64,000 bases of DNA from assembly GCA_019744845.1 (NCBI GenBank), contig JAIETW010000001.1, forward strand, positions 482,859 through 546,858, in the 5' to 3' direction. Position 1 is the first letter of the stretch, and each line of letters starts with the position of its first letter. The position numbers and the translations under genes are program-made. Shown here one piece after another: positions 53,301 to 62,485 of this stretch. This DNA is from Patescibacteria group bacterium. GTDB taxonomy: Bacteria > Patescibacteriota > Minisyncoccia > Phycocordibacterales > Phycocordibacteraceae. Under the pieces are notes generated by a model that was not told the DNA's origin, did not search any database, and saw only the letters and a program-made list of their open reading frames with translations.

Positions 53301-53757
53301 CAACTGGCCAGCGCGTAAGGTGGCGCTCGTCACCAAGCTTCTTGGCGCAGGGAAGCGCGAGAAGATCTTGGTTACTGAAATGGCGCAGGTACGTGCGCTT
53401 GCCTCCGAAGCACTCATGCTTCGTCAGAAGGCAAATCTTAAAGTACGTCAGCCTCTTGCCTCTCTTTCTATCCCTGGAACACTGCTTCCTGAACTCGCGG
53501 CAATTCTTTCTGACGAGGTGAATGTGAAAGAGGTGAAGATGAATGCGAAGGATGTATCTCTTGATACAGTACTTACTCCTGAACTTGTGAAAGAGGGGGA
53601 CGAACGTGCGTTTGCACGCGCAGTCGCTGAAGCACGTAAGACGGAAGGCCTCTCACCAAAAGATAAAGTGACGGTAGAAAAGAAAGAGGATGGTGCACAT
53701 GTCGCTGAACTTTCTACCGGCAGCGTGCGCTTCTCGCTTATTCGCGATGCGTCCTAA
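50380..53757 (+). CDS. ileS: Isoleucine--tRNA ligase (type 2) with inserted histidine phosphatase domain
   Basis: DGPPFATGLPH, WTTTPWT, GTGIVH, ISRNRFW, KLSKS; internal RHGE domain. Confidence 0.93.
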   Translation: MADDRGKAEVARREEEILAFWKDARIFEKSLGKDAPKGEFTFYDGPPFATGLPHQGSLLSSVAKDAIPRYKTMRGYRVRRRWGWDTHGLPIESLVEKKLGLKNKKEILNIGIETFNETARSMVLDYVHEWKRYIERIGRFVDFDNSYKTMDNSFIESVWWGLKEIHKKGRLYEGRKVLMYCPHCETPLAKAEIAMDNTYKDITEEAVTVKFKVKNPEKHALPADTHILAWTTTPWTLPGNVGLAVGKDIQYGLYGNVIAASARAESLGLSSPSKEITGAELVGIEYEPLYDIAKVAAHTGKKWQVLSGDFVTTEDGTGIVHTAVIYGEDDYALGLKEGLPMVPLLNPNGTYNADAPEFVQGQYIKKAEPLIKEDLEKRGLMFAKAMNTHSYPHCYRCGTALIYNAVSSWFIDIQSVKQKMLAENEKISWTPGHLKHGRFKHIIESAPDWTISRNRFWASPLPIWKDPKGNVTVIGSLDELKARTKKSGNKYFLLRHGEAEQNAMDILNSKDPEKYGLTEKGKGQADEAGDALKEKKITKVFVSPYRRTRETAGIVAKKLGIPESSIVVDERIRELDFGEKDGSGHNAFLEYRAAHMSSCDDRIPGGESYQDARKRFGEFIYEIEEKYQNESVLIVSHGIAFETLETLSLGLSKVEVWDRILGVRAPIGAYKEIEFVPLPHNKDYELDYHLPYIDRVQLVSESGEPLTRTPEVVDCWVESGSMPFAEYHYPFENQKEFEKRAPGDFVSEYIGQTRAWFYYMHAISVSIFGRQSFRNVITTGNVVAKDGAKLSKSKNNYTDPYVLFDMYGADAFRYYLLSSPVMQAEDLMFRDEDVKDAHARVVNMLRNVLSFYLLFKDDIKEGVVVRTTHPLDKWIWARFSEVLADSTDAFDRYDVVRATRPFKDFIDDLSTWYLRRSRDRVKGEDEEDRQAALLTLRHILREFSKVIAPAMPFIADEIFRTVRLSSDPESVHLANWPARKVALVTKLLGAGKREKILVTEMAQVRALASEALMLRQKANLKVRQPLASLSIPGTLLPELAAILSDEVNVKEVKMNAKDVSLDTVLTPELVKEGDERAFARAVAEARKTEGLSPKDKVTVEKKEDGAHVAELSTGSVRFSLIRDAS

Positions 53758-54286
53758 GTACGTCACTCCTGCAATTGTGCTTGCCCGTATACCTCACGGG
53801 GAAGCCAACGCGCTTGTGACCTTACTGACTGCGGACTTCGGCCTTATCCGTGCACGTGCACAGGGAGTGCGGAAGTCTGGTGCCAAACTCGCGGCCTCTC
53901 TCCGCACCCTTTCTGAACTTGATGCCAGCGTCTTGTATGGGAAGGAGGGATGGCGTCTCTCAGGAGCCTCACTTGTAGAAGATCACTTTTCTAACCTTGA
54001 TGCAGTCTCCCGTGCCCGTGCAGGCCGTATTTCGTCTCTTATTCTCCGCCTGGTGCGAGGGGAGACCGCAGAGCCAGAGCTCTTTTTTGCCATCAAAGAC
54101 TTCCTGTCTTCACTCCCTGGTGAGGATGAAGAGACTCAGGATGCACTTGAGTGCCGTACGGCGCTTCGCCTCGTGAGTGCACTTGGGCTTGATGCAGGGG
54201 AGATTCCCGCGCTTGAAGAGGTGCAGACTTCTCGCAAAGCAATAGTCGCGCGCATCAATACTGGCATCGCAGCTTCGGGTCTTTAA
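53747..54286 (+). CDS. recO: DNA repair protein RecO (short)
   Basis: GEAN..VTLLT..FGLIRARAQGVRKSGAKL; start 53747. Confidence 0.85.
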   Translation: MRPKYVTPAIVLARIPHGEANALVTLLTADFGLIRARAQGVRKSGAKLAASLRTLSELDASVLYGKEGWRLSGASLVEDHFSNLDAVSRARAGRISSLILRLVRGETAEPELFFAIKDFLSSLPGEDEETQDALECRTALRLVSALGLDAGEIPALEEVQTSRKAIVARINTGIAASGL

Positions 54287-54304
54287 GGTATACTTTTCTA
54301 CATC

Positions 54305-56146
54305 ATGGCTGATGAGCGCGAAGAAAAGCCAAGCCCGCTTGAGCGGATGCGAAAGAGTCTCTACACTCCGGGCACCTCTTTTGATATACAGCCGTCCTCA
54401 CTGTCTGCACGTTCTTCAAAGATGGCGCGTACTTGGGAAAAGGAGCCTGAGCCTGAAGTAAAAAAGGAGAGTCCAATTAAAATCTCCAAGTCCCTCATCT
54501 TCCTTATCGGTGCTGCAGCGTTTTTTGTAATTGCGGGACTGATTGCGTTCTTCCTTGTCGTACAGGGGGGTCGCTCGGTGTCTACCGATCGGATCTCTAT
54601 TTCTATTGAAAACCCACCCACCTCTATCGCAGGAGGGGACACGGTCTCTTTGTTTGTACTCATAAAGAACGAGAATCCTGCACTTCTCACTGACGCTAAA
54701 CTCTCGGTAGATTTTCCTGAAGGAACATACTCAGCGATTAATGCGACCGAACAAATCTCGCACCACATAGAGAAGATTGGAAACATTGGTCCAGGAGAGA
54801 GTGTGAAGAAAACCATCCGTGCCACTCTCTTTGGGGAAGCGAATCAGACGATTAAGATTCCGATGACGCTTGAATACCGCACGGAAGGCTCTAGTGCGAC
54901 CTTTGAGAAGGAAGAGGAATTTAGTTTTGTGATTGGCACCTCTCCTGTGTCGGTGAATGTGGTCGCGCTCTCTGAAGTAGCGTCAGGGCAGGAGATGACC
55001 TTTGAAGTGTCGGTACGTTCTAACTCACCAACGCTCATTGATGATCTCGCTGTGCGTGCAGAGTATCCATTTGGGTTTTCTGTTGTTGAAACCACTCCAT
55101 CTCCAGTTGCCGGGAACCTGTTCTCCCTTGGTGGACTCAAGCCAGGAGAAGAACGGAAGATCACCATCACCGGCAGGCTTACCGGCCAAGATCAGGATGA
55201 GCGCGTGTTCCGCTTTTCTGCGGGAACCGCACGCGCAGATGGTTCGCAGAATCTTGCGACGACGTATATTTCTAAGGAGGCGCTCGTGCAGATCACGCGG
55301 CCATTTATTGCGGTTGACCTTACCGTTGACGGAAGCCAAGCAGATTTGATTGCGGTTGCCCCTGGTCGCCCCGTCCAGTCACTGCTCTCGTGGATGAACA
55401 CACTCCCAAGTCAGATTCAGGATGCAGAACTTTCCGTTCGTCTTACAGGGGAGGCGCTTGATAAAAATTCTGTGACAGCATCCGGCGGATTCTATCGCTC
55501 TTCTGATACCACCGTGCTCTTTAACCGGGATTCTTCACCAGGCCTCCGTACGCTTCAGCCAGGAGATAGTGGAAAGGGATCATTTAGCTTTGCGACCAAG
55601 CCAAGCGCTCAGCTCGCGGACCTTCACAATCCTTCTATTACGATTACCGTTTCCGTTGCAGGCCGTCGCGTCGGAGAAACAGGCGTTGCAGAGCAGGTGT
55701 CCTCTACACTCACGCGTACCATACAGGTGGCAAGCGAGCTTTCACTCTCTGCATACGCCACGCGTGTAAGTGGTGCGTATCCGCCAGTTGCCGATGCGGA
55801 GACCGTCTACAGTGTGCGCTTTGGGGTGAATAACGGAGTGAACGCGATTGCTGATAGCGTCGTGAAAGCAACGCTTCCATCCTATGTGCGCTTCATCAGT
55901 AGCGCTGGAGGAAGCGTGACGTATAACGAAACGACACGAGAAGTCTCATGGGTCATTGGTGAACTCCCCGCACATGCACAGAACCGCTCAGCCGCCTTTG
56001 ATATTGCATTCCTTCCAAGTACCTCACAGCGAGATGCGACCCCAGTACTCGTGAATAGCCCGGTACTTTCGGGGTTTGATCGCTATGTGCAGAAGGTGGT
56101 GACCGATACGGTGCAGGCAATAGACTCTGGCGAGCCAGTAGAGTAG
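54305..56146 (+). CDS. Membrane-anchored multi-Ig-like (DUF11-like) surface protein
   Basis: Single TM followed by repeated beta-sandwich motifs (IGPGES, LKPGEE, LQPGDS). Confidence 0.75.
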   Translation: MADEREEKPSPLERMRKSLYTPGTSFDIQPSSLSARSSKMARTWEKEPEPEVKKESPIKISKSLIFLIGAAAFFVIAGLIAFFLVVQGGRSVSTDRISISIENPPTSIAGGDTVSLFVLIKNENPALLTDAKLSVDFPEGTYSAINATEQISHHIEKIGNIGPGESVKKTIRATLFGEANQTIKIPMTLEYRTEGSSATFEKEEEFSFVIGTSPVSVNVVALSEVASGQEMTFEVSVRSNSPTLIDDLAVRAEYPFGFSVVETTPSPVAGNLFSLGGLKPGEERKITITGRLTGQDQDERVFRFSAGTARADGSQNLATTYISKEALVQITRPFIAVDLTVDGSQADLIAVAPGRPVQSLLSWMNTLPSQIQDAELSVRLTGEALDKNSVTASGGFYRSSDTTVLFNRDSSPGLRTLQPGDSGKGSFSFATKPSAQLADLHNPSITITVSVAGRRVGETGVAEQVSSTLTRTIQVASELSLSAYATRVSGAYPPVADAETVYSVRFGVNNGVNAIADSVVKATLPSYVRFISSAGGSVTYNETTREVSWVIGELPAHAQNRSAAFDIAFLPSTSQRDATPVLVNSPVLSGFDRYVQKVVTDTVQAIDSGEPVE

Positions 56147-56157
56147 TCTCTACAGAT

Positions 56158-57450
56158 ATGGAAGGTTTGACTCTTGATACCCTCGTTTCTCTCGCCAAGC
56201 GTCGTGGATTCGTGTATCCGGGCTCTGAAATCTATGGCGGCCTTGCCGGTACTTTTGACTACGGACCGATGGGAGTCGCGCTCAAGAAGAATATTGAGCA
56301 GCTCTGGTGGAATCGTTTTGTCGCGACTCGTGATGACATGTACGGCCTTGATTCAAGCATCATCATGCCGGAAGCAGTCTGGAAAGCATCTGGACACCTT
56401 GAGGGCTTCACTGATCCCATGGTGGAGTGTGAGAAGTGTAAGCACCGCTTCCGCGCTGATCACGTAGAAGGGGAGAAGTGCCCGGATTGTGGTGGAAAGT
56501 TGAGTGCGGCACGCCAGTTCAACCTTTTGTTCCCGGTAGAGATGGGTGCGGCTTCAGGCGGTACGACGACTGGATATCTTCGCGGAGAGATTGCACAGGG
56601 CATGTTTGTGAACTTTAAGAATGTCATTGATTCCTTCCATCCAAAACTTCCATTTGGTTTGGCACAGAGTGGTAAGGCGTTCCGCAATGAGATTGCCCCA
56701 CGCGAGTTTTTGTTCCGTGTACGTGAGTTTGATCTCATGGAGTTTGAGTACTTCATTCGTCCCGATATGTGGGAGGAGCGTTTTGAATATTGGCGTAAAG
56801 AGATGTGGGCGTGGATTGAGGAAGTGGGTATTGATAAGGAAAAGGTGCATGAGCTAGAGGTGTCTGCCGACGATCGCGCGCACTACTCTAAGCGCACCAT
56901 AGACTTTGAGTTTGATTTCCCATTTGGTCGTAAAGAGCTCTACGGTCTTGCGTACCGTACTGACTACGATCTTTCTCGTCATGGAGAAGCTTCAAAGGAA
57001 AACCTTACCTATCTAGACGAAGAGACGAAGGAGAAGTTTGTGCCGCATGTCATTGAACCTACCTTTGGTCTTGGCCGCACCGTGCTTGCGGTGCTTGCCT
57101 CTGCGTATCGTGAGGATGAGCTTGGGGGAGAGAAGCGTGTGTACCTTGCACTGCCTCCCGCAGTCGCTCCAGTGAAGGCGATGGTGTCTCCACTCTTGAA
57201 AAACAAGCCGGAGCTTGTGGCAAAGGCACGAGAAGTGCGCGAGATGCTTCGCAAAGTGAATCCTGCGATTGCGTGGGACGATAACGGTAACATTGGTAAG
57301 CGATATCGTCGTCAGGATGAGATAGGTACGCCGTACTGTGTGACGATTGATTTTGATACCCTTGAAGACAATACGGTAACGGTGCGTGATCGTGATACGG
57401 GAGAACAGAAGAGGGTCGCCATCGCAGATCTTTCCTCCACGCTCTTCTAA
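56158..57450 (+). CDS. glyQS: Glycine--tRNA ligase (alpha2 type)
   Basis: KRRGF..PGSEIYGG, FRNEIAPR, PHVIEP, RYRRQDEIGTP. Confidence 0.96.
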   Translation: MEGLTLDTLVSLAKRRGFVYPGSEIYGGLAGTFDYGPMGVALKKNIEQLWWNRFVATRDDMYGLDSSIIMPEAVWKASGHLEGFTDPMVECEKCKHRFRADHVEGEKCPDCGGKLSAARQFNLLFPVEMGAASGGTTTGYLRGEIAQGMFVNFKNVIDSFHPKLPFGLAQSGKAFRNEIAPREFLFRVREFDLMEFEYFIRPDMWEERFEYWRKEMWAWIEEVGIDKEKVHELEVSADDRAHYSKRTIDFEFDFPFGRKELYGLAYRTDYDLSRHGEASKENLTYLDEETKEKFVPHVIEPTFGLGRTVLAVLASAYREDELGGEKRVYLALPPAVAPVKAMVSPLLKNKPELVAKAREVREMLRKVNPAIAWDDNGNIGKRYRRQDEIGTPYCVTIDFDTLEDNTVTVRDRDTGEQKRVAIADLSSTLF

Positions 57451-57486
57451 GGTGCAGAGCGAAGGGCAGAGTGCTAGTATTGCCCT

Positions 57487-58533
57487 ATGGATAAGCAGAT
57501 CAACGTCTCTATCACTCCTGGGACGGTCGTAATGACCATTCTCATTGGTGCAGCCGCCTACGCGCTCTGGTACCTCAGAGACCTCGTGCTTTTGGTCCTT
57601 ACGGCCATTGTGATTGCGTCAGCACTTGAGCCAGGTATCGCCTTTTTTGTGAAATATAAGCTTCCGCGCGTTATTGCCGGGCTCCTCATGTATTTGATTC
57701 TCTTCGGATCATTCTTCGGCACCATCTATTTCTTCTTCCCACCAATTCTTGAAGATACGCAGGCATTCCTTTTGTCCGCACCGCAGTATTTAGAGACCAT
57801 GAATCTTCCACAGTCGCTCACTGACATCTCTGTCGCGGCAGAGCATGCAGCAGAAGGGGAGACACTCATTGACACCTTGTTTGCCTTCCGTTCCGCATTC
57901 GTAGATACCTCTGAAGGAGCCTTCCGCTTGGTGTCTTCGTTCTTCGGTGGTGTGTTCTCGCTTCTGCTCGTGCTCGTACTTTCGTTCTATCTCGCGATTC
58001 GGGAGACGGGAGTGAATGACTTCCTTCGTTTGGTTACCCCCGCAAAGCACGAGGACTACATTCTTGATTTGTGGCGCCGTGCACACGGAAAGATCGGGCA
58101 GTGGATGCAGGGGCAGCTTCTCCTCTCTATTCTTGCGGGCGTGATCATCTATCTGGGCCTTCTCATCCTTGGCGTACCGTATGCACTTTTGCTTGCGTCC
58201 TTTGCAGCGGTTGCAGAGCTTATTCCAATCTTCGGTTCCTACATCGCTGCTATTCCCGCACTTATTGTTGCCTTTACGTACGGCGGGTTCCCGCTTGCGG
58301 TCATCGTCGCAGGTCTCTACTTGATCATGAACCTCTTCCAGGCAAATCTCATTTATCCGCTTGTGGTGAACAAAGTGGTGGGCATCCCACCGCTCATGGT
58401 CATTCTTGCACTTCTCATTGGAGGTAGTTTGGCTGGATTCCTTGGGGTGCTCCTTTCGGTTCCTATCGCCGCTGCACTTCAGGAGTTCATTAAAGACTTT
58501 GATCGTGCCAAGCGAAAGGGGAAGACTGCCTAA
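57487..58533 (+). CDS. AI-2E family transporter
   Basis: WMQGQ, ELIPIFG, multiple TMs, LLSVPIAA. Confidence 0.9.
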   Translation: MDKQINVSITPGTVVMTILIGAAAYALWYLRDLVLLVLTAIVIASALEPGIAFFVKYKLPRVIAGLLMYLILFGSFFGTIYFFFPPILEDTQAFLLSAPQYLETMNLPQSLTDISVAAEHAAEGETLIDTLFAFRSAFVDTSEGAFRLVSSFFGGVFSLLLVLVLSFYLAIRETGVNDFLRLVTPAKHEDYILDLWRRAHGKIGQWMQGQLLLSILAGVIIYLGLLILGVPYALLLASFAAVAELIPIFGSYIAAIPALIVAFTYGGFPLAVIVAGLYLIMNLFQANLIYPLVVNKVVGIPPLMVILALLIGGSLAGFLGVLLSVPIAAALQEFIKDFDRAKRKGKTA

Positions 58534-58538
58534 GACCC

Positions 58539-59972
58539 ATGAGTGCTCGCTACCTTACCTCTACACTTCCGTACGTAAACGCTGATCCGCATATTGGATT
58601 TGCGCTAGAGATTGTCCAGACTGATGCGCTTGCGCGTGCATGGCGGGCAGAAGGGCATCAAGTATTTTTCAGTACGGGAACGGATGAACATGGACAAAAG
58701 ATTCTTGAAGCAGCGGAGAAGTCTGGAAAGGATGTGCAGGACTATGTAGATCACTACGCTTCTGAGTTTCAGAAGTTGAAAGAGGCGCTTGATTTGAGTA
58801 ACGATACGTTCATTCGCACTACCGATGCGCATCATGTCGCTGCGGCACAGGAAATGTGGAAGCGTTGTGAAGCCTCAGGAGATATATACAAGAAAGCGTA
58901 CGAAGGTTTGTACTGTGTCGGATGTGAGAAGTTTTTGACGGAGCGCGACATGGAAGAAGGGAAGTGTGTGATTCATCAGAAGGAGCCAGTCCTTCTTAAG
59001 GAAGAGAACTACTTCTTTCGCTTCTCTAAGTATCAGGACGCACTTCTTGGGTATCTTTCACGTCCTACCTCAGTCGTTCCTGAGTGGCGACGAGAAGAGG
59101 CACTGAACTTTGTGAAGGGGGGTCTTGAAGACTTCAGTATTTCTCGTGAGAAAGAGCGTCTTTCCTGGGGCATTCCCGTACCAGGAGATGATACGCAGGT
59201 TATGTATGTTTGGTTTGATGCGCTCACCAACTACATCTCTACGCTTGGCTGGCCTGAGCAGGGAGGGAACTTTGAGAAGTTCTGGACCAACGGATTTGTG
59301 CTTCAGACGGCGGGGAAAGATCAGGTCCGCTTCCAGTCACTCATGTGGCAGGCCATGCTTATCTCTGCAGGAGTAAAAGCAACTGACACGGTCTTCTACC
59401 ACGGCTTCATTACCTCCGGAGGGCAGAAGATGAGTAAGTCTTTAGGAAATGTGATTAGCCCGTACGATCTGGTGACCAAGTACGGCACTGATGCCACGAG
59501 ATATCTTCTTCTTCGTCACGTCCATCCGTTTGAAGATTCAGATGTGACCTGGGAGCGACTTGATGAGTGGTACACCGCAAACTTGGTGAACGGACTTGGA
59601 AACTTGGTCGCGCGCGTGATGAAACTTGCGGAAGAACATCTTCCAGGACCGGTCGCAGTTTCTGAAGACGACGTACGCATAGAAGCACCCTTTGTTGCTG
59701 CGCTAGACGCATTCCGTTTTGATGAAGCAATGGATCTTATCTTCAGTCATATCCAGAAGGGGGATGAGTACATCACCGAGAATGAGCCGTACAAGAAAGT
59801 GAAGGTAGAGGAGACAAAAGAGGAAGCAAAGAAAGATTTGGAGAAGCTCGTCATACACCTTGCAAAGGTGGCGGCACATCTTGCTCCACTCATGCCTTCA
59901 ACCGCGCGTGCTATTCAGGCTGCGGTCGCTACGAACACCAAGCCAGAGAATCTCTTCCCACGACTGCCGTGA
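58539..59972 (+). CDS. metG: Methionine--tRNA ligase (core only)
   Basis: PYVNADPHIG, GTDEHGQK, YVWFDAL, KMSKS, LFPRL. Confidence 0.96.
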   Translation: MSARYLTSTLPYVNADPHIGFALEIVQTDALARAWRAEGHQVFFSTGTDEHGQKILEAAEKSGKDVQDYVDHYASEFQKLKEALDLSNDTFIRTTDAHHVAAAQEMWKRCEASGDIYKKAYEGLYCVGCEKFLTERDMEEGKCVIHQKEPVLLKEENYFFRFSKYQDALLGYLSRPTSVVPEWRREEALNFVKGGLEDFSISREKERLSWGIPVPGDDTQVMYVWFDALTNYISTLGWPEQGGNFEKFWTNGFVLQTAGKDQVRFQSLMWQAMLISAGVKATDTVFYHGFITSGGQKMSKSLGNVISPYDLVTKYGTDATRYLLLRHVHPFEDSDVTWERLDEWYTANLVNGLGNLVARVMKLAEEHLPGPVAVSEDDVRIEAPFVAALDAFRFDEAMDLIFSHIQKGDEYITENEPYKKVKVEETKEEAKKDLEKLVIHLAKVAAHLAPLMPSTARAIQAAVATNTKPENLFPRLP

Positions 59973-60760
59973 AGTATTTTGATGCGCATTGCCATATTCA
60001 GTTCGCGCAGTATGACGAGGATCGTGATGCTGTAGTCGCGGCGATGCGAGATGCCGAAGTCGGAGGACTCATCGTCGGTACCGACAGTACGCACTCACAA
60101 AAAGCAGTGGCCCTTGCGGATGGAGTCACCACCTTTGCTGCAGTGGGGCTGCATCCCAACGACAAACCAGGAGAAGGATATAATGACGCGTTTTTTGCAG
60201 CGCTCGCAAAGGATCCCAAGGTAGTAGCGATAGGGGAGTGTGGGCTTGATTACTTCCGACCCGAAGAGCCTGAGCAGGAGAAAGCACGACAGAAAGAAGT
60301 GTTTAGAAAACACATTGCGCTTGCAGTAGAGAACGACAAGCCGCTCATGATCCACGCACGCCCTTCTAAGGGAAGTATGGACGCATATCTTGATGCATAT
60401 GAAATGTTGAAAGAAGTGCAGCAGACACATGGCGAAAAGGTACGAGGGAACATGCACTTCTATGTAGGTTATATAGAGACGACCAAGAAGTTTCTTGAGA
60501 TTGGATTTACCTTCTCCTTTACCGCCGTCCTTACCTTTGCGCGAGATTATGACGAAGTAGTGCGGTACATCCCGCTTACGCGTATCCTTTCTGAGACCGA
60601 TGCGCCGTATGTGGCGCCTGCGCCAAACCGGGGGAAGCGGAATGATCCTCTTGCAGTGCAAGCAGTCGTAAAGGCTATCGCCGAGATACGGGGGGAGGAA
60701 GAAGAGGTGGTACGGGAGGCAGTGCTGGGGAATGCCCGGAGGGTCTTTCGGCTCCCGTAA
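59969..60760 (+). CDS. tatD: TatD family nuclease
   Basis: DAHCH, GLHP, IGECGLDY, ETDAPY. Confidence 0.94.
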   Translation: MKYFDAHCHIQFAQYDEDRDAVVAAMRDAEVGGLIVGTDSTHSQKAVALADGVTTFAAVGLHPNDKPGEGYNDAFFAALAKDPKVVAIGECGLDYFRPEEPEQEKARQKEVFRKHIALAVENDKPLMIHARPSKGSMDAYLDAYEMLKEVQQTHGEKVRGNMHFYVGYIETTKKFLEIGFTFSFTAVLTFARDYDEVVRYIPLTRILSETDAPYVAPAPNRGKRNDPLAVQAVVKAIAEIRGEEEEVVREAVLGNARRVFRLP

Positions 60761-60807
60761 AGGGCCTATTTGCCCCCTCCAGGGGGGCGTGCTAGGATAC
60801 GGCGACT

Positions 60808-61302
60808 ATGGCTAAGAAAGAAGTAGAAGCGCTTGAGCGCGAGGAAGAGCTTGAAGCGGACCACGCAGAAATGCGGGTCTACGAGCTCGGTTTTCACATT
60901 GATCCTGAGCTCTCTCAGGAGGAGGTAAAGAAGGTATACCAGGGCATTAAGGACGTCATTGAGGGTGTCGGGGAGGTTGTTGCCGAGGGTACACCAGAGA
61001 AGATCCAGCTTGCCTACACCATTTCTCGCATGGAGCATGCAGGTCGCCACGACTTTGATAACAGCCAGTTTGCATGGATTGCATACGAGACTGATGGCGC
61101 AGGACACGAGAAGATAGCTGCAGCAGCACGCGCAGAGACCCGTATCTTCCGTTTCCTTGATATCCGCACTACCAAGGAGGAAGCAAAGCACTCTGCAGAG
61201 GTCGCTGAAATGATGCGCCAGGCTGCAACCGAGCAGGAGACCGTAGAAGAGGAAGTGTCTGAGACTGAACTAGACGCCGCTCTTAAGGAGGTGGGAGTGT
61301 AG
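60808..61302 (+). CDS. rpsF: 30S ribosomal protein S6
   Basis: YELGFHI, LAYTI, IFRFL; first gene of rpsF-ssb-rpsR. Confidence 0.9.
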   Translation: MAKKEVEALEREEELEADHAEMRVYELGFHIDPELSQEEVKKVYQGIKDVIEGVGEVVAEGTPEKIQLAYTISRMEHAGRHDFDNSQFAWIAYETDGAGHEKIAAAARAETRIFRFLDIRTTKEEAKHSAEVAEMMRQAATEQETVEEEVSETELDAALKEVGV

Positions 61303-61315
61303 TAGAATAGAGGAT

Positions 61316-61759
61316 ATGTACTTGAACAAGGTACAACTCTACGGAAACCTTACCCGCGACCCGGAGATGCGTTCGCTACCCTCTGGTCAGGCAGTCGCTA
61401 ACTTTGCGATCGCCACGAACCGTACCTACAAGGACAAGAACGGTGCGAAGCAGGAGCAGACTGAATTTCATAACGTCGTTGCCTTTGGTCGCCAGGCTGA
61501 GGTGATTGGCCAGTACATGAAGAAGGGCCGCCCAATGTTTGTGGAGGGCCGTATCCAGACCCGCTCATGGGAGAAGGATGGTGCAAAGCAGTACCGTACC
61601 GAGATCGTAGTAGAGAGCTTCCAGTTCGGTGCAGGGGGCGGGGGAGAGGGCGGTAGCCGTGCTCCTCAGCAGGATATGGACCAGTCAGCACCAGCTGACA
61701 CAGGGGACCAGATTCAGTACCCGGACGAGGACATCAATCCGGAGGACATTCCGTTTTAA
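61316..61759 (+). CDS. ssb: Single-stranded DNA-binding protein
   Basis: NKVQLYGNLTRDPE, VEGRIQTRSW, C-terminal EDIPF. Confidence 0.98.
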   Translation: MYLNKVQLYGNLTRDPEMRSLPSGQAVANFAIATNRTYKDKNGAKQEQTEFHNVVAFGRQAEVIGQYMKKGRPMFVEGRIQTRSWEKDGAKQYRTEIVVESFQFGAGGGGEGGSRAPQQDMDQSAPADTGDQIQYPDEDINPEDIPF

Positions 61760-61766
61760 TAGGTTT

Positions 61767-61795
61767 TTGACAGGGCAGACCCTTTAGAGTAAGGT
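61767..61795 (+). promoter_or_regulatory. Internal promoter for rpsR
   Basis: TTGACA-17-TAAGGT-9-ATG. Confidence 0.65.
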
Positions 61796-61804
61796 ACTTC
61801 AACT

Positions 61805-62011
61805 ATGGCATACCAGGCAGAACGCGAAGAGGTTGAGCACAAGAAGTTTGTGGACTACAAGGACATTCCGTACCTTCGTCTTTTCACCAACCCACACGCA
61901 AAGATGCTTTCTAAGAAGCGCACGGGACTCAATGCAGCCCAGCAGCGCAAAGTAGCGATGGCAATCAAGCGAGCCCGCTACATGGGACTCCTCCCATACC
62001 TCGCAGCCTAA
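61805..62011 (+). CDS. rpsR: 30S ribosomal protein S18 (Cys-free form)
   Basis: VDYKD, KRTG, QRKVAMAIKRARYMGLLPY. Confidence 0.96.
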   Translation: MAYQAEREEVEHKKFVDYKDIPYLRLFTNPHAKMLSKKRTGLNAAQQRKVAMAIKRARYMGLLPYLAA

Positions 62012-62017
62012 CGAACC

Positions 62018-62039
62018 AACCGCCCGAAAGGGCGGTTTT
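62018..62039 (+). terminator. Intrinsic terminator after rpsR
   Basis: AACCGCCC-gaaa-GGGCGGTTTT. Confidence 0.85.
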
Positions 62040-62478
62040 ACGTATTACGTTCTGAGCGCTCTATTAATTCTGATGCACCTAAAAGAGCGAGGGCTAAGAG
62101 TCCGTATAGTGCTGAATATAGAACTGCAAAGCCACGGGTATCAAGAAGAGTAAAACCAAACCCCCCCATACCGTATCCGAGCTCCGGGATAGTTATCATA
62201 AGAATAGAGACAATTACTCCGTATACGACAGAAAACACAATCCATCGCCGGTATGTCTTAGGAGAGCTAAAGAAGGCTAGTATAGAGAAAGTTAAAAGCG
62301 TTGCAGAAAGAGAAAGCAGGGCTGCAGCATACGGATACCACAGAGGCGACGCGCAAACCGTGACGCCGTCTCCTCTGTCGTGAGTTTGGCAGAAGCCAAA
62401 CCACTCTGGCCATATAGAGTACACGGCAAATAGTGTGCTGATAGACGCAATGATAATTGGTATAACCTTAAGTTTCAT
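62038..62478 (-). CDS. Four-TM membrane protein with a Cys pair in the first loop
   Basis: Four hydrophobic segments; TATAAT-6-ATG upstream. Confidence 0.7.
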   Translation of the reverse strand: MKLKVIPIIIASISTLFAVYSIWPEWFGFCQTHDRGDGVTVCASPLWYPYAAALLSLSATLLTFSILAFFSSPKTYRRWIVFSVVYGVIVSILMITIPELGYGMGGFGFTLLDTRGFAVLYSALYGLLALALLGASELIERSERNT

Positions 62479-62485
62479 ATGGCCA

